From Botryllus schlosseri (lineage: Eukaryota): a DNA stretch of 64,000 nucleotides. Where the stretch lies: contig CM119371.1 in the NCBI GenBank assembly GCA_051294905.1, positions 16,370,001 through 16,434,000 on the forward strand, read 5' to 3'. A program made the position numbers and the translations under genes. Below, one piece after another: positions 27,562-40,516 of the stretch (position 1 is its first letter; each line of letters starts with the position of its first letter). Below the pieces are notes generated by a model, which made no database searches, was not told the DNA's origin, and saw only the letters and a list, made by a program, of their open reading frames with translations.

Positions 27562-30500
27562 GTGAGTGCTGTTGAGAATAGAACACATCTCTTTGAATCC
27601 AAGGCTTTCACTAACTAAGACAAGCAATGAATGGAAACGCAATGGTTTAGATATACCTAGGCCTACAGCAGATAACGTTCAGGCGATCGACCATTCAAGC
27701 AATAATAACAAAACAGAAATGAGATGATAGCGATCGCCGCAAGTGTAACGCTTTTTGACTCAATATGGTGTCTTATGGTGACCCCTTTTGAAGCTCCACG
27801 CCGATCATTGTCCCCAAATATTGGGAACCGAAAATGGGAATACGAACTGGGATCACCGGCGAGTTGACTAATAAAAAATAAAGGTCAACTTTTCGGCTCG
27901 ACATTACACTTTTACAGCTAAATTTTCATGATTTGACTTTAAAAAAAGTCATTTTTCCGACTTGACTCCAATCAGGGCCGCAACAGCACTTCGTCAGCCC
28001 CACTAAAATAACGTTGGTCTTAGGCCCCCCATAGGGTGATAAATAAAACCCCAGACCTCCCATAGCAAAAAGGATTTTTGTCGCTACATATCGGCTACAC
28101 GTTATTTCATGTACCGCTTGGTCACCGTATTTCGCCCAAACGCGCGAAGCGCAACAAATTTTTTTAATTCATGATTAAATTGGTCAATATGGTCGGGAAT
28201 TTTTTATCCTCTCTCTGCCCCCTAATCAAATTTACAGGTAGAGCTGAGTGTGGTGTGTTTGAAAGGTAGGATCCCTAAATAGTAATTAAACATCTTCGGG
28301 CGGACTTCGTTACATGATGCTATTTCGTGACCTCTTATAGGCCTATCTGCTATATGTCAGAAGATATGGAAATCGCCAAAACGTACCAAACTAAAAGAAG
28401 CAGATGATTTCAAATTGGTATTTCTTTCTTCAAAGAAAATAGCGCACGTGGCGACGGCGTCCATATGTCAACACAGTTATCAAATACACATTGTCTTCTT
28501 GATCTACGGTGCGAATTGAACTGCCGTGGACGTGACATTCACAATTACAAAGAATGCCATAGCTATCCACGTTCTTGATTGATAAGTAGTTCTGTGGTAC
28601 CGGCGATAAAATGTAGGCGTGCAGTGCAACGTTATATATTACCGTCGAATACTTGAATTGAGAATTGAGAAATCGATCACTATTTAGTTTTTCGGAATAT
28701 GTGCAACAGCTATACATTCGATCAATAGATATTAGTTATAATAACTTTTAAACTATTTACCATGAATCGCGTTATCGATGGTGAGTCTAGGCCCGTCTGT
28801 GCCTTACCTGTCGTTTCGTGCTTTATTTTCGAACAATAAACATGCAACTTATGTGAATTCGGGAGAAAATGTTCAAAATCTCGTCATTCATAGTCATTCG
28901 TTCGCCTACCCTGACAACAGGTAAGGCACTGCCTCACTTGCCTCCCCCAACCCCGCGTCCCTGATGTATCACAGCTTACAGCGGGTAGGCCTATATACCT
29001 CTGCAGTGACCATGTTTGGCTCCACCTACGCATGTGATCATGAGTGCTCGCATTTAAAAGGATCATCAGGACTAGTAACTCAAGTATCACATGCTCAAAT
29101 AAGGCAACCAGCATGACTAGTACGAGTTTTTACAGAGAAAATGTGGCGCACACGACAAATCCCATGTATATAGTGAGTTCGATTTGGTGCTACAATGACG
29201 TCACGAATTTTCAATTGTGACGTAACACTTGATTTACATGTATGGCTCTTTGGGAGGTAAAATGAAAAAAATTGGGCCAATATGGCTCTTCGGACCAAAA
29301 AGGTTCCCGACCACTGTCCTATAGGCCGCTGTGGTTCTCAACCTTTTTGAGCTCGCGGACCGGTAAAATTTCAATAAATAGTCGGCGGACCGGTGTACCT
29401 TCAAAAATTGAATAAACCCGAAATGCAATTGCGATAAAACCATGCAACCATTTTTTGCAGGAATGCTACTGAAGAGTGACATTTTGAGGGTTTTATTTGT
29501 GTTTATGACGGAATCCATGATATTTTGCGGTAGTGTGTCGAAGGCCGAAGGCCGTTGATTAACCGACTACACCAGGGGTTTTCAGAGGTCGTTTTATTTT
29601 GTATTTTGCAAAATGAACTAAAATATTCAGAAATGAACTGCCGATACCACCCGGTTCAATGGCATTCTTGCAATGGTGATTGGTATACCATTTCTGTCCC
29701 CGCGACTCGGTAGAATAGGCAAACTGACCCGTTGGGGTCGCGACCCCTAGGTTGGGAACCCATGGAATAAACCAACTTGAATATTATTATTCTATTCGAT
29801 AATATCGAGAAAAGAAGCGTTTCGGAGTCGGGAAAAACACCTTTGCTCATTTCCAACTACCACCAGACGTACTACGACATGCGCAGTACGAATAAAATGA
29901 GGATGTTTTTATTCAGTTTTAAATGTGATGTGTTGCTTCCTTTATCAATTTAGAAGCCTTCAACCTTTTTTATCTTGCAATTGAAGTATAAAACTACAAA
30001 ATGTCTGGCGGACCGGCACCGGTCCACGGACCGGCGGTTGAGAACCACTGAGTATAGGGTTCAGATCCTCAGGACAGGAACATTCGACAAGAGCCATTGA
30101 GGCGCCTGCGGAAAATTACACATATGTGTATATGTATCGAAGTTTTCGGTCAGCACAAGGGCATTCTTTTTCGGCCAAGGTCTTCTCGCTGTTGATCGTT
30201 CTGGCACACTTCTCGGAGTCGCATGTTACATGGCTTATAACTTCATATGTCTTGGTGCGTCGTGGTGCAGTAATGGCTGACGCCGAAGTCTCCCATTTTT
30301 AGAAATCACGCGTATTTTTGTTGGGTGACGGGTACCCCAAAATGAAGATATATGACAATTTGAAATCGCGCCCAGCGGGAAAATTTTTTGAAAAAGTTGC
30401 ATGAATTTGTAAAAAAATACTCTATAATTGATGGTATTTCACGAAATAATTTTGGTCCCCCTTCGAGTTCGCCCCCCACCCGTATTTGGGGGTTTGGGGT

Positions 30501-31992
30501 GCAGCAGTTACGGTCCTGACTCCAATATAGCCGTTTAACCGCGCCATCGCCCCCCTATCGCCCCTATCCTTGTTTTTGACCCTAAACGCCTCTTCGTTAT
30601 TTTCGCCTCCCGACACCGCCAAATCGCCCCCTGGGGGGCGATATCGCCCACGTTGGGAACCACTGATCTGGAAGAAGAATATTATTCAAGGCACGTATCC
30701 AATCACGTGCAAAGCATCAAAAGAGATATCAGGCGGCCAACAAGTCATAATAATTTTGTTGCGGTAGTGGTGTATTAGTTTGATGATACATGAATTATGC
30801 GCAATGAAATCCACAAGCGTAATCCATATGAATAGATGTCTGATTAATCTGTCAGATCAATGACTACCCTGTAACATTATCTTGACTTAGACCATATATC
30901 CAATGACCAGGAACACAGAACGCTGATGCTAAAACTACTATTATATTAGCTAGACGTACAGATCAACAGCATCTCGGCAAATAAGGAAATGACAGTACCC
31001 ACGACAGCGGGTGTAATATAAGGCAGCGTAATAATTACTTAAACAATGACGTCATGACTTGAAATGACATAAAAAACTTTTTTTAGTTAGGGTCTTGTTT
31101 TAAACATGTTTATTTTGAATTGATTTTTTTAATGCGACGCTAATTAGGGGGAGATAGTAGTAAAACTGTTTAAACGTTTATTCAAATATAACTATGTGAC
31201 AATACCGGGTAAAAGTGATTTGATGTTTAGCAAACGACACCTTTTATAATGCGAGGGTCCAGAGGTCGAGAATAAAAAAATTCTGTAGTAACACTATAAC
31301 ATATAAATATCATGGTGACAATTTAATCGAATCGCTGCAGTCAACATATTTTATAGGCATTCAAATTTATTTTTGATAACGCTTCTTGGTGACTTTTTCG
31401 GCAGCACAAAATTGTTTTCGCGGGCCATAGTTTCCCCACCTTTAGTCCATAGCCTAGCTAGAAATAGATCGTAGCAAATTATTTACGATATTCATTTGCG
31501 CCAAATGTGATGGATCCAACCGTCTGGCATTGCAATTTTTGAAGCGGAAATTCGTGGCTACCGTAGACTCCGGCATCATGTGGGATTTTGGGACTTTTGG
31601 GACTTGATACCCAGTTAAACAAGATGATTTCGTTCCCGTCGTTATGTCTCGGTGGACGTGTTGACATTGCATATTTGGCATACACGATCCTTGGCATTCT
31701 AGTGCGATAAAGTCACAGGGTTAGCGTGTAAGAAGGGGAATTTTGTTCATCTTTTACTTATCTCATTAGGGCTTGACATTATCACATGTACCATGATGAA
31801 GGCTAATTTGTCAATTACTAAAACTTCAATTACAAATGGATAATGAGACTTGCATATTGGCAACTGTCATAAATATAAACAGAATGATATAGTTTTATGT
31901 CTCGACGTGTTCTGCTGATGAAATTCACAAAGTAAAGTTATTTGTATTCTAAGTATTGAGTGTTACAATAACTAGTTCCTTCCTCGCGGTAG

Positions 31993-32076
31993 TTATCGAG
32001 GAGAAAAGACATCGACATCAATATTCTGAAGTTGCTGATGCGCCTTCATCATCATCATCATCACCCGGGGCAAGCG
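31993..32076 (+). CDS. NLR gene 1 exon 3, Ser-rich linker (VIEEKRHRHQYSEVADAPSSSSSSPGAS)
   Basis: Acceptor ttcctcgcggtag, donor G|gtaagt, 84 nt, phase 1-1. QYSEVADAP resembles QNSGVADVMP in exon 1. Confidence 0.75.
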
Positions 32077-32290
32077 GTAAGTCAATTCGGAAATATTCGA
32101 CTAGCTATTCATTTCATCAATATTATCAATACCAATAGAATATAAGTGTAATGCAATTCGTCTGTTGCGTGACCTAATGTTAACAAATGAAACGTGCAAG
32201 GTTTCCATAATGATAACATGACTTGGTGAGCTATTACTTTTTGAATATCCATCGTAACATCGCACTTCTCAACATTCCAATGTGTTACAG

Positions 32291-32440
32291 GATCAGCAAC
32301 ATTGGCAGAAGGTGAAAACCTTAATCTGAAGATAATTAACAGCTTGGTTAACAGTGTGACAGGGGATCAAGTCCAGGGGAACATGAAAGTCATCAACTAC
32401 ATCATGAAGGCTGACAATGATCCGAATCGTGCAGATGATA
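32291..32440 (+). CDS. NLR gene 1 exon 4, second cRHIM/amyloid-like repeat (SATLAEGENLNLKIINSLVNSVTGDQVQGNMKVINYIMKADNDPNRADD)
   Basis: Acceptor gtgttacag, donor A|gtaagt, 150 nt, phase 1-1. Splices in frame into the NACHT exon. Absent from the ORF track. Confidence 0.8.
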
Positions 32441-33010
32441 GTAAGTGTAAGTTGCTTTATATAGTAGTAGCGAATTGAGATTTCTATAGAAATAAGATGG
32501 TCATCGTCGTTAAATGCCGGTCAATGCACTTTATGCAATAAAGGGAAGTTAACTATTTGCCACACTTTTCACGTCACAGCAGACTTAGTACAATTTCCAA
32601 ACGACAATGACCATCGGCAATTGTACGAAGTATTGATATTTGATATAGTCTTCCTTAAAGAAAAGTTATGATACTAGAATTCAATTACACTTCTTGTCAA
32701 TTACATTTTATATACCAATGAGGTGATACTGAATTCCGTATGATATCTCAGCAAAACATCAATAAATAATTTACTTGCAAATGCATATGCAGATGCTCAT
32801 ACATCACTAAGGTCTGGTAAAAATTGACCGCGAATAAACAAACATTTAAGCTATTTTTAATGAAAAGTCGGGCTGTTCTTGCCAATCATGTAATGTTAGG
32901 CTGGATTGCACAGATGCACATCGAAGAGTAATCTCGGGGATAATTTAATTTGCGAGCAAGGTCACCTGTTGGCCGTGTTGCACAGATACGGATTCCTCTT
33001 TGAGTTACAT

Positions 33011-33601
33011 TATAGAAATTAAACATGGAACGACAACGACCGATTTTGCAGCTTCGTTCCGCTTAGCTGAGGCTGGAGTGGAGAATTGTTTTGCGTAAGC
33101 GACTGTAGGATTTCTGGCAATCCAAAAGCTATCTTCTCGAGGGCAGAAATTACTGAATCTGGTCTTGATCGAAAGCTACTGTTGCACCCATTCCGGAAAT
33201 ATAAATTATAATATTGATCAGGCACTGATCCACCTAGAATCTGTCCTCCAAGTCTAAAATATCGGCATTGTTCAGAACAATCGGGTAACCGCAACACAAT
33301 GGCCATAACAATGACCCGCTGCGACTCTCCGATTGTTCGAACAATGCCGTTATTTCAGACTTGGAGGATGGATTCTAGGTGGATCAGCGCCTGATCGTTA
33401 TTTTAACTTATATTTTCGGAATCGGTGCACCAGTAGCTTTCGATCAAGACCAGATTCAATAATTTTTGCGCTCTGGAAGATAGCTTTTGGATTGCCAGAA
33501 ATCCTACAGTTGCTTACGCAAAACAATTCTCCACTCCAGCCTCGACGAAGCGGAACGAAGCTGCATAATCGGTCGTTGCAGTTCCATGTTTAATTTCTAT
33601 A
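33011..33601. mobile_element. Foldback/palindromic MITE (about 280-bp arms) in NLR gene 1 intron 4
   Basis: TATAGAAATTAAACATGGAAC...GTTCCATGTTTAATTTCTATA, flanking direct repeat (a)gttacat. The mirror-image ORFs 33019-33306(-) and 33333-33593(+) follow from the symmetry. Confidence 0.9.
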
Positions 33602-36332
33602 GTTACATATTCGCAGATCACTGACGCAAATTTACGCAAATGACGAAGTTGGCACCCAGGACAACTGAGGCATTGCCCCTCCTAAAACTTCCATTCAATA
33701 ACAATGATTTACCATTTATAGACGCACACCAATCAACATATACCGAAGTCACAGCAAAAATCGCATTCTTTTTGTGCTTTCATTTGCCAATGCCCATTTT
33801 TAGCGCGAAGTCTGTGCGAAAATCGAAACATCTTCTGTGTTTTCGCTTGGTAAATGCCTAGCCAGAGCATGCCTCGGCAGCGCTCATAACAAGCTTTTAC
33901 TCTCTGTTCTCTCAATGCCGCTCATAATAAAGAAACGGTGATTTACTCTCTCCTACCTGGTCACAGTTCCGGGTCCTTAACACGTATTTTATGAACTTTT
34001 TGTAAACACAATTTAGTCATTTATTATGAGACAAAAATTCCCCTATTTCTTATATTATGGAAGCAATATGCCAAACAGGTACATAACCAAAATTACCATT
34101 CCAAGGAGTTTAATTGCGGTGGACTCAACAAGCTTCGTCGTTCGTGATAGCAACTGAAATCCATCTAAAAATGTGCTGGCCGTCAATTTACATATCCACC
34201 AGATTCATCATTATTGTGGTAGCTGAAACAAGACTTTTTAAGATGTGAGGTCAAAACTACGGCGTATCCAGGGAATTTAGGGGCTCGAAACCGCCTCTTT
34301 TAAAATCCTACAAAATCCACAACTCCACCAATCCTAAAATTTATGTCACATACTACCTGCTGATAATTGTCCATTCATCAACATATTATTGGTTTTTCTA
34401 CAATAGGGAAACTACGATACTTTTGAGTTATTTAGGGATCTATATCGCCTAAATCGAATAGCCGAGTTCGATAGAAAGTTTGTATCATCGCAAAAACATA
34501 ATTGCTGTCGTGTCGACAGCAGACCTCACTCGCGAATTGGATTTGCTCATCATCGTACATCAAGGATTCTGGGATTGTAAGACGCGTTGATTGATTGGAA
34601 AGAAAATCGATTACTTATGACTTGAAATTGACTCGTAAATTTGGCTTCGAGTCACGAGTCAATCTGCATTTCTGAAGCGTCGAGTCAGGTCAAGTCAAGT
34701 CATTTTTGCAAAGTGACTCGAGTCAAGTCAAGTCATGCGAAAAAGGTGACTCGAGTCAAGTCATGACTCGAGTCATCCCAACACTGCTCGCTACTACAAA
34801 TAGAACGCGTCGCACGAAAACACCCGACAACAGCTATATCTGGCCATCCACAAAATCAGGGCCAGAAAAGCACTTCTTCAGCCCACCCCCAATGAAACGC
34901 TGGTCATGTGTCCTCCACAGGGTGATAAACCAAACTTCTGGGGGTTTCGCCCCCAATACCCCACAGTTTGATGGATGTTTTCATCAGGACTTGTGAGAAG
35001 TGAGCACATTCATTCTGCTCCGTGTATCCAGAGAGTTTATGTAACCTAATCGCACCAAGCGCAAAAATTTTCTATATTTTGTCACTGCATATTTATTGCT
35101 ATAAATTTTTTATCCTATCAGAATTATCGGATTTTCCCGTGGAGCTGAGTGAGGTGTCGTTTTGGAAAATTTAAACGTAATTAATAGTTTAACATATTCA
35201 GGTGGGCCTGTTGGAATAATTTACTCGGTTACATGTCAATATTTCGTGACCAACTGTCTCTCATATAGTGAATAGATATTGAAATCGCCCCAGCGTATTA
35301 AACTAAGAGACGCACACAATTCCATATTGCTATTTCTTCACTCGTAAATAATTTGTCCTGTGGGGTACAGATTGTCAGGACAGCGCGATTCGGCGGCAGT
35401 TATTAGGCGCTTATGGACAATTAGACATATATGTATCGAAGATTTCGGTCAACAAAGTACAGTCGTTTTCGGCCAAGGTCTTCTCGCTGACGAATGTTTT
35501 TACACACTTTTCGGAGCCCCGTGTTAGCCTGAACTTAATTATGTGTTGGTGCGTTGTGGTGCAGTAATGACTGACGCTGAAATGCCTATTTCTATAAATC
35601 ACGCGTATTTCTTGATGGAATGGCACCTAATAAGCAAGACATTTATAGTGATGCACAATCGCGCAAGGCGCGGAAAAATGTGAAAAAATTTGGATAAAGT
35701 TTCAAAATACATTCAATAATTTATGTTCATTCACGAAATAATTTTCGGATCGGTCCCGTTCCAATTGCGGGGTTTGGGATGTGGCAGATACGGTCACGCC
35801 CAAAATGAATTAATCGAAAACGAATGATCGCGCAAACCGTGAGGATTAGTGAGTCAGATTGTACTTGTCGCTTGCATGTCGTCAAATGGCACGGATGTAA
35901 CTTCAAGTCAAATCGAACATGTTTCTAGCCCTAATGTTACCTCACGAAGTTCTGAATCTGTCTAAAATTTGATGTTTTATTTATTTTATCAATGGACAAT
36001 CCTTCAACATATTGCATCTTGAAATTAGGGTATATTAAATTGTAATTGACCTCGCGGACCGGCAGTAACGTCGTCGCGGACCGGCGGTTGAGAACCACTG
36101 TACTAGACTGAAGTTGGCTGACTCCGTCCTGATGCGACTGTCAAATTCGGAGTATAAATCCTCTGCCAACACGGTTTTCCACAGGAAAGCAATACCGGGA
36201 TTTGTGTGCAAACGCGTCAGATGCGCAATGCTGGTCACCTTTATAACTCCATGCACAGTTGAATTACTATATCAAGAAAGGGAAACTATATATACTTGAA
36301 GGTATGAAATGACTCTATATTTTCCGTTCCAG

Positions 36333-37733
36333 GTATCAGATCCAGAAAATTAATTCAAATTTGCAACGATAATACCAAGAAATTGACGTCCATTGACATC
36401 CTCGACGACTTCAGATTTGAGAGCCTTGAACGACCCGACTTCGAAGTTTACCCGCAAATGCGAGAAATCGACGTGCAAGATTATTACAAAGGTCGCATGA
36501 GCATTCATCGATCTCAGCTGACAAAGGAAGTTGGTTTTTTCCGCCAAGAGAAAATTGGATCAAAAATTCTCGACTTTAGGGACTTAGTGGCATCCATATT
36601 TCGAAGAGAAAAAGCAAGCTCGCTAAAAACTGTTGGAGTAACCGCTATAGTGGGATCTGCTGGATCCGGAAAATCCACACTGACACGCAGAATAGCAAGA
36701 CATGCTCTCGGCATGACTGCAGGAGACGATATCAAAGATCAGCCCTCTTACAATCAAAAGATGGTACATTACATTGAATTGAAGGATATCGAAAATGTGA
36801 CCGATTTTAAACCATCTAAATTTCTCTTCGGCGGCCTGTATCAAAACGAAAATGAAGAAGATCAGGCATTCGAATGGCTAGATAACCACCAGTCTGAGGC
36901 CATTTTTATATTTGATGGGCTTGATCAAACAGGATGGGAAGTTGATGAGAAAAGTGTCCGAAAAATGAGAAAACATGAAAAAGCTAGCTTCTGGACAGTT
37001 ATGTACAACATTCTATCCCGCAATATCCTCCGTGACGTGAAAGTGTACATAACATCGCGCGAGTTCAAGGTTTCAGAGTTACCGGCGATGGCGCGACCCG
37101 AAACCATCATTACACTGAATGGTCTTACTTCGGAAAACGCGCGTAGGTTATTTGCGTTCTTACTCAAAGAGAAAGGCGAGGAACTCTGGCAGAAAATTGA
37201 ATATATGTCTCCAAGACTGCTGAATTTAGTTTCTGTACCCGTATTCCTGATCTTAACAGCAGTTGTGATGGGAAGGGGTCCCAACAAACCTCCACCGAAC
37301 ACGGTAACAGAACTATACAACAGAATTGTATTAGCTCTGCAAAGCGTAGACAACATTCGAAATAGGAAACAAATTTTTTCGATTGTCCACAAACTGAAGG
37401 CATTAGCATTTCAAGGCATGAAAGAAGGTAGGGTCGTGTTCAAAGAAACTGACTTGACAAAATTTGGAGTGTCAACAGTGGAAGTTCAAGATTTAATGAC
37501 AAAAGTTCCGGGGAGCAATCTACTTAGCCGGCATCTGATGCAAGGAGATTTCATATTCTTCTTCTGCCATCAAAGCCTTCAAGAATATCTGGCAGCGATC
37601 TTTATATCGCAAATGGAGCTCAGCGAATTCTCTCGCTTCGATGAAGAGCTTCTCCATCAAGAACGATGGTCCGTCGTGCGACGATTCGCGGCAGGTGTTG
37701 TCTTCGCGAAACCACAAAACGATCTTTATAGAG
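36333..37733 (+). CDS. NLR gene 1 NACHT exon (STAND P-loop NTPase, HD1, winged helix)
   Basis: Overlaps the 460-aa ORF 36383-37765. Walker A GSAGSGKST, Walker B IFIFDGLDQ, sensor-1 YITSR, xxVP motif LVSVPVFL, winged-helix FFFCHQSLQEYLAA, W..V.RF.AG. Acceptor ccgttccag at 36332, donor G|gtcaga at 37734. Confidence 0.93.
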
Positions 37734-38471
37734 GTCAGATATTTTACATTAACCTTGTTTGGTAATATTTGAAATTTCACTGCTGCAACATCCAATTAAT
37801 TCTTGGTTCGAAACCACTGGAGTTGACTCCCAAAATCTTGCTAAATGTAGGAGAGGCCATCCTGTCAGGAACGAAAGTTATCCCTGTTTTCAAGTCGGCA
37901 GATCATAAATCACTAAAATAAATATAGGCATGATGCAAAATGACCACGGAGTTTGCAACACTGTCAAGTGGCAACGGGTTCAGAAATCATGCAACACCCA
38001 CAAATTCGTTTATCAGGCGGCCTGCGTGGATCAATATTCCGTCGTTAAAATTGTATATTCATATCAAATTAGTAGGCCAACTTATTGAACTTGTTGAACC
38101 ACGTCACGTTGGTTACATGGCGACACTGGTTTAAATCGATAAAATTGTGGATTATATAGCATGGCAGTTGCGAGCTATAGTGGATGAAGTCGTGCCTAAT
38201 TTTTCATACAGATCGTCAGTATACCGGAGACCTCAATTGTTGTACATCGATGTTGGAATTATAGCACTGCCTAATTGATTTGAGAAATAATAAGAGAACA
38301 TATAAGACAGCCTAGAAATTAGGTTTGTCTGCGTAAGCCTGTTCCTGGTCTGTGAGAAGACCAACAAATCAAAATCTGTCTCAACAAGTTTCTAAATCCA
38401 TCAATTGTTACGTTACCGTCAAGGCCATGAACAAAACAATAACAACAACGATGTTGCTTGTTGCGTCACAG

Positions 38472-38812
38472 TCACGGATCAGACCAAGAAGCAAAAAATT
38501 TTCGCTCGATCGATTTGTTGGCTCGAGAAGAACAGCAGCCGCGACTACACACGTAAAATGTCGCGACGCATGGATGAGGGGCACATGCGCATGGAACTGT
38601 ACACAGCGATAGTTGAATCAGGCGACGACAATCTCATGAAACATCTTACTGTCATCCATGCACCTCGCCACACTTTGAGTCGCGATCAAGCTCATATCGT
38701 TGGATCGCTCGCAGCAAGGAGTAAGAGCCTTGATACGTTGATTTTATCCTACTGCAATATCGATGACGAGATATTGGGCATTATGGCAAGGTGTCTGGAA
38801 AGTCGAATTCAC
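38472..38812 (+). CDS. NLR gene 1 exon 6, HD2 and first RI-like leucine-rich repeat
   Basis: ELYTAIVES (HD2-like) and SLDTLILSYCNIDDEILGIMARCL (LxxLxLxxCxI). Acceptor gcgtcacag, donor CAC|gtgagt. An alternative in-phase acceptor would start the exon at 38424. Confidence 0.82.
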
Positions 38813-38867
38813 GTGAGTGGCTTTATTACATTATGACTTTCGAAGGAAAACAACGAACTCGTTTCAG

Positions 38868-38972
38868 GTGAAGAAAGTGAATTTGTTTGGCAACAAATTC
38901 TCAGCAACAGCACTCCGTTCATTTCTTGGACATCGTCGGATTGAATCGCTATCAGGAAATTTGTATTGGGAA
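38868..38972 (+). CDS. NLR gene 1 exon 7, LRR (VKKVNLFGNKFSATALRSFL...)
   Basis: gtttcag acceptor, GAA|gtgagt donor, 105 nt, phase 0-0, LRR pattern. Confidence 0.8.
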
Positions 38973-39530
38973 GTGAGTTCGATTCTATCATATTGGCCCC
39001 GAGCCGTAATTTCATGCGAGTATCCGGAGACTTGTGGCGTTACAATCGGTCATGATAGGTGACTTCATAGTCGCGACCGAAGGCATTTTACTACCATCTT
39101 ATCTGTGTGATTTGATGTTTTACAATCCTCACTGTCTCATTCATATCGACCTATGCAATCGAATTTAGTGATATGGTGGAATGTGCAGCGGCAGCAATGT
39201 CGCGACCTCAGCCATAGAATCAGCTTTCTGCTACATGACCCGGAGTAGTTTGAAATTTAGTGCTAGTGATACAAATCACATTGTCGGCATCGATTATATT
39301 CATAATTTGCAAATATTTTTGCGGAGTAAATCAATAATTCTATGCAGGTTTTTATAATAACTGTATACGAGCCCAGCTTTGACTAAAGTCGTTGCCGGCA
39401 AAAACGCAGTCTAAAATCAGTGAACCATGTCGATGACGTATGGCGCATGATGCTGTATGGCGCATGATGCTGTGGTTTTCAGTGTATGGCGTCACGATAT
39501 TTATTGCTCAACTCTATCAACAATATACAG

Positions 39531-39626
39531 GTTGTCTGGCTGGATGTACGCGGTGCTGATTATACGCGGAATGTTGAGTTGAGAAACGGAGAAGACGTCA
39601 TTGAGATTGCTGGTGTCGAATTCAAG
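39531..39626 (+). CDS. NLR gene 1 exon 8 (VVWLDVRGADYTRNVELRNGEDVIEIAGVEFK)
   Basis: atatacag acceptor, AAG|gttaga donor, 96 nt, phase 0-0, open. Confidence 0.7.
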
Positions 39627-39693
39627 GTTAGAATGATGACGAGATAACGTTTCCTTCTGCTTGGAGAGAGTCTCTGAGAGTTGATCTCTGCAG

Positions 39694-39858
39694 GATTACG
39701 AAGTACCATTCGAGATGGTTCTTTCCGTAGATGCAGTCGAAACAGCGGCATTTCCCGAGAAACTTTTTGGTGCAGGGTTTGTCAAATCGGAGAAGCGAGA
39801 AGAACTGTTTGCCAAGGTGGATGATTTACGAAAGATAACAGACTATAAATTAGAAAAG
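39694..39858 (+). CDS. NLR gene 1 exon 9 (DYEVPFEMVLSVDAVE...DYKLEK)
   Basis: ctctgcag acceptor, AAG|gttagt donor, 165 nt, phase 0-0. Confidence 0.75.
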
Positions 39859-40080
39859 GTTAGTTATGTATATTTTACTTCTCCTATTTATATAGCTTGT
39901 ACAATACATGACATATTCATAAGTAGATTGTAACAAGAAATCAAAGTCGGGTATGCGACTAAACCCGATCTGGTGTCTGCATTATATGCATATAACGAAG
40001 CAATATTCCACTGTAACGATAAGAAGGATGATTACGATGATGACAGTCATTTGATCTCACGAAACCTATATTGTGTTCAG

Positions 40081-40161
40081 ATAAATAAGATATTGCTTGA
40101 TTGCACAGAAGATGATGATATCGATTGGTCGTTGATTGAAACTTCGATGGAAAAGTATCAT
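40081..40161 (+). CDS. NLR gene 1 exon 10 (INKILLDCTEDDDIDWSLIETSMEKYH)
   Basis: tgtgttcag acceptor, CAT|gtaagt donor, 81 nt, phase 0-0. Confidence 0.75.
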
Positions 40162-40348
40162 GTAAGTTTTTTCATTCGATTTACGTGAATTTGTAATTGA
40201 TTTCATATTTTCATATCATTTTATTCGCCATTAAAGTCTATAATCGCTTCGGCGGAAGATGACGGCTAATGTCCGGGAATCATTGCTTCTGTAAATTTAA
40301 GTATCTTACGTTGAAACTGATTAACATCATCTGTCTTTCCCATTGAAG

Positions 40349-40516
40349 GTCGATCTCCTAGATATTGCTGTCAATGGTCAGATATCCGTCCACGATTACA
40401 ACAGAATTTTGGAGCACGGGAGAGCAATTTCCGTTTTTGGCAATATCCATGCGATGTTCCATGTTGGAGGAGAGACCGACTTCAAACAGTTACAGGAAGC
40501 TTTTCAGCAAAAGAAG
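40349..40516 (+). CDS. NLR gene 1 exon 11 (VDLLDIAVNG...FQQKK)
   Basis: ctttcccattgaag acceptor, AAG|gtaata donor, 168 nt, phase 0-0. Confidence 0.72.

Noticed and set aside
33019..33593. Two similar 86-95 aa ORFs as duplicated genes
   Set aside because: They are a by-product of the palindrome.
36514..37795. Minus-strand ORFs overlapping the NACHT exon
   Set aside because: Antisense shadows of the real coding frame.
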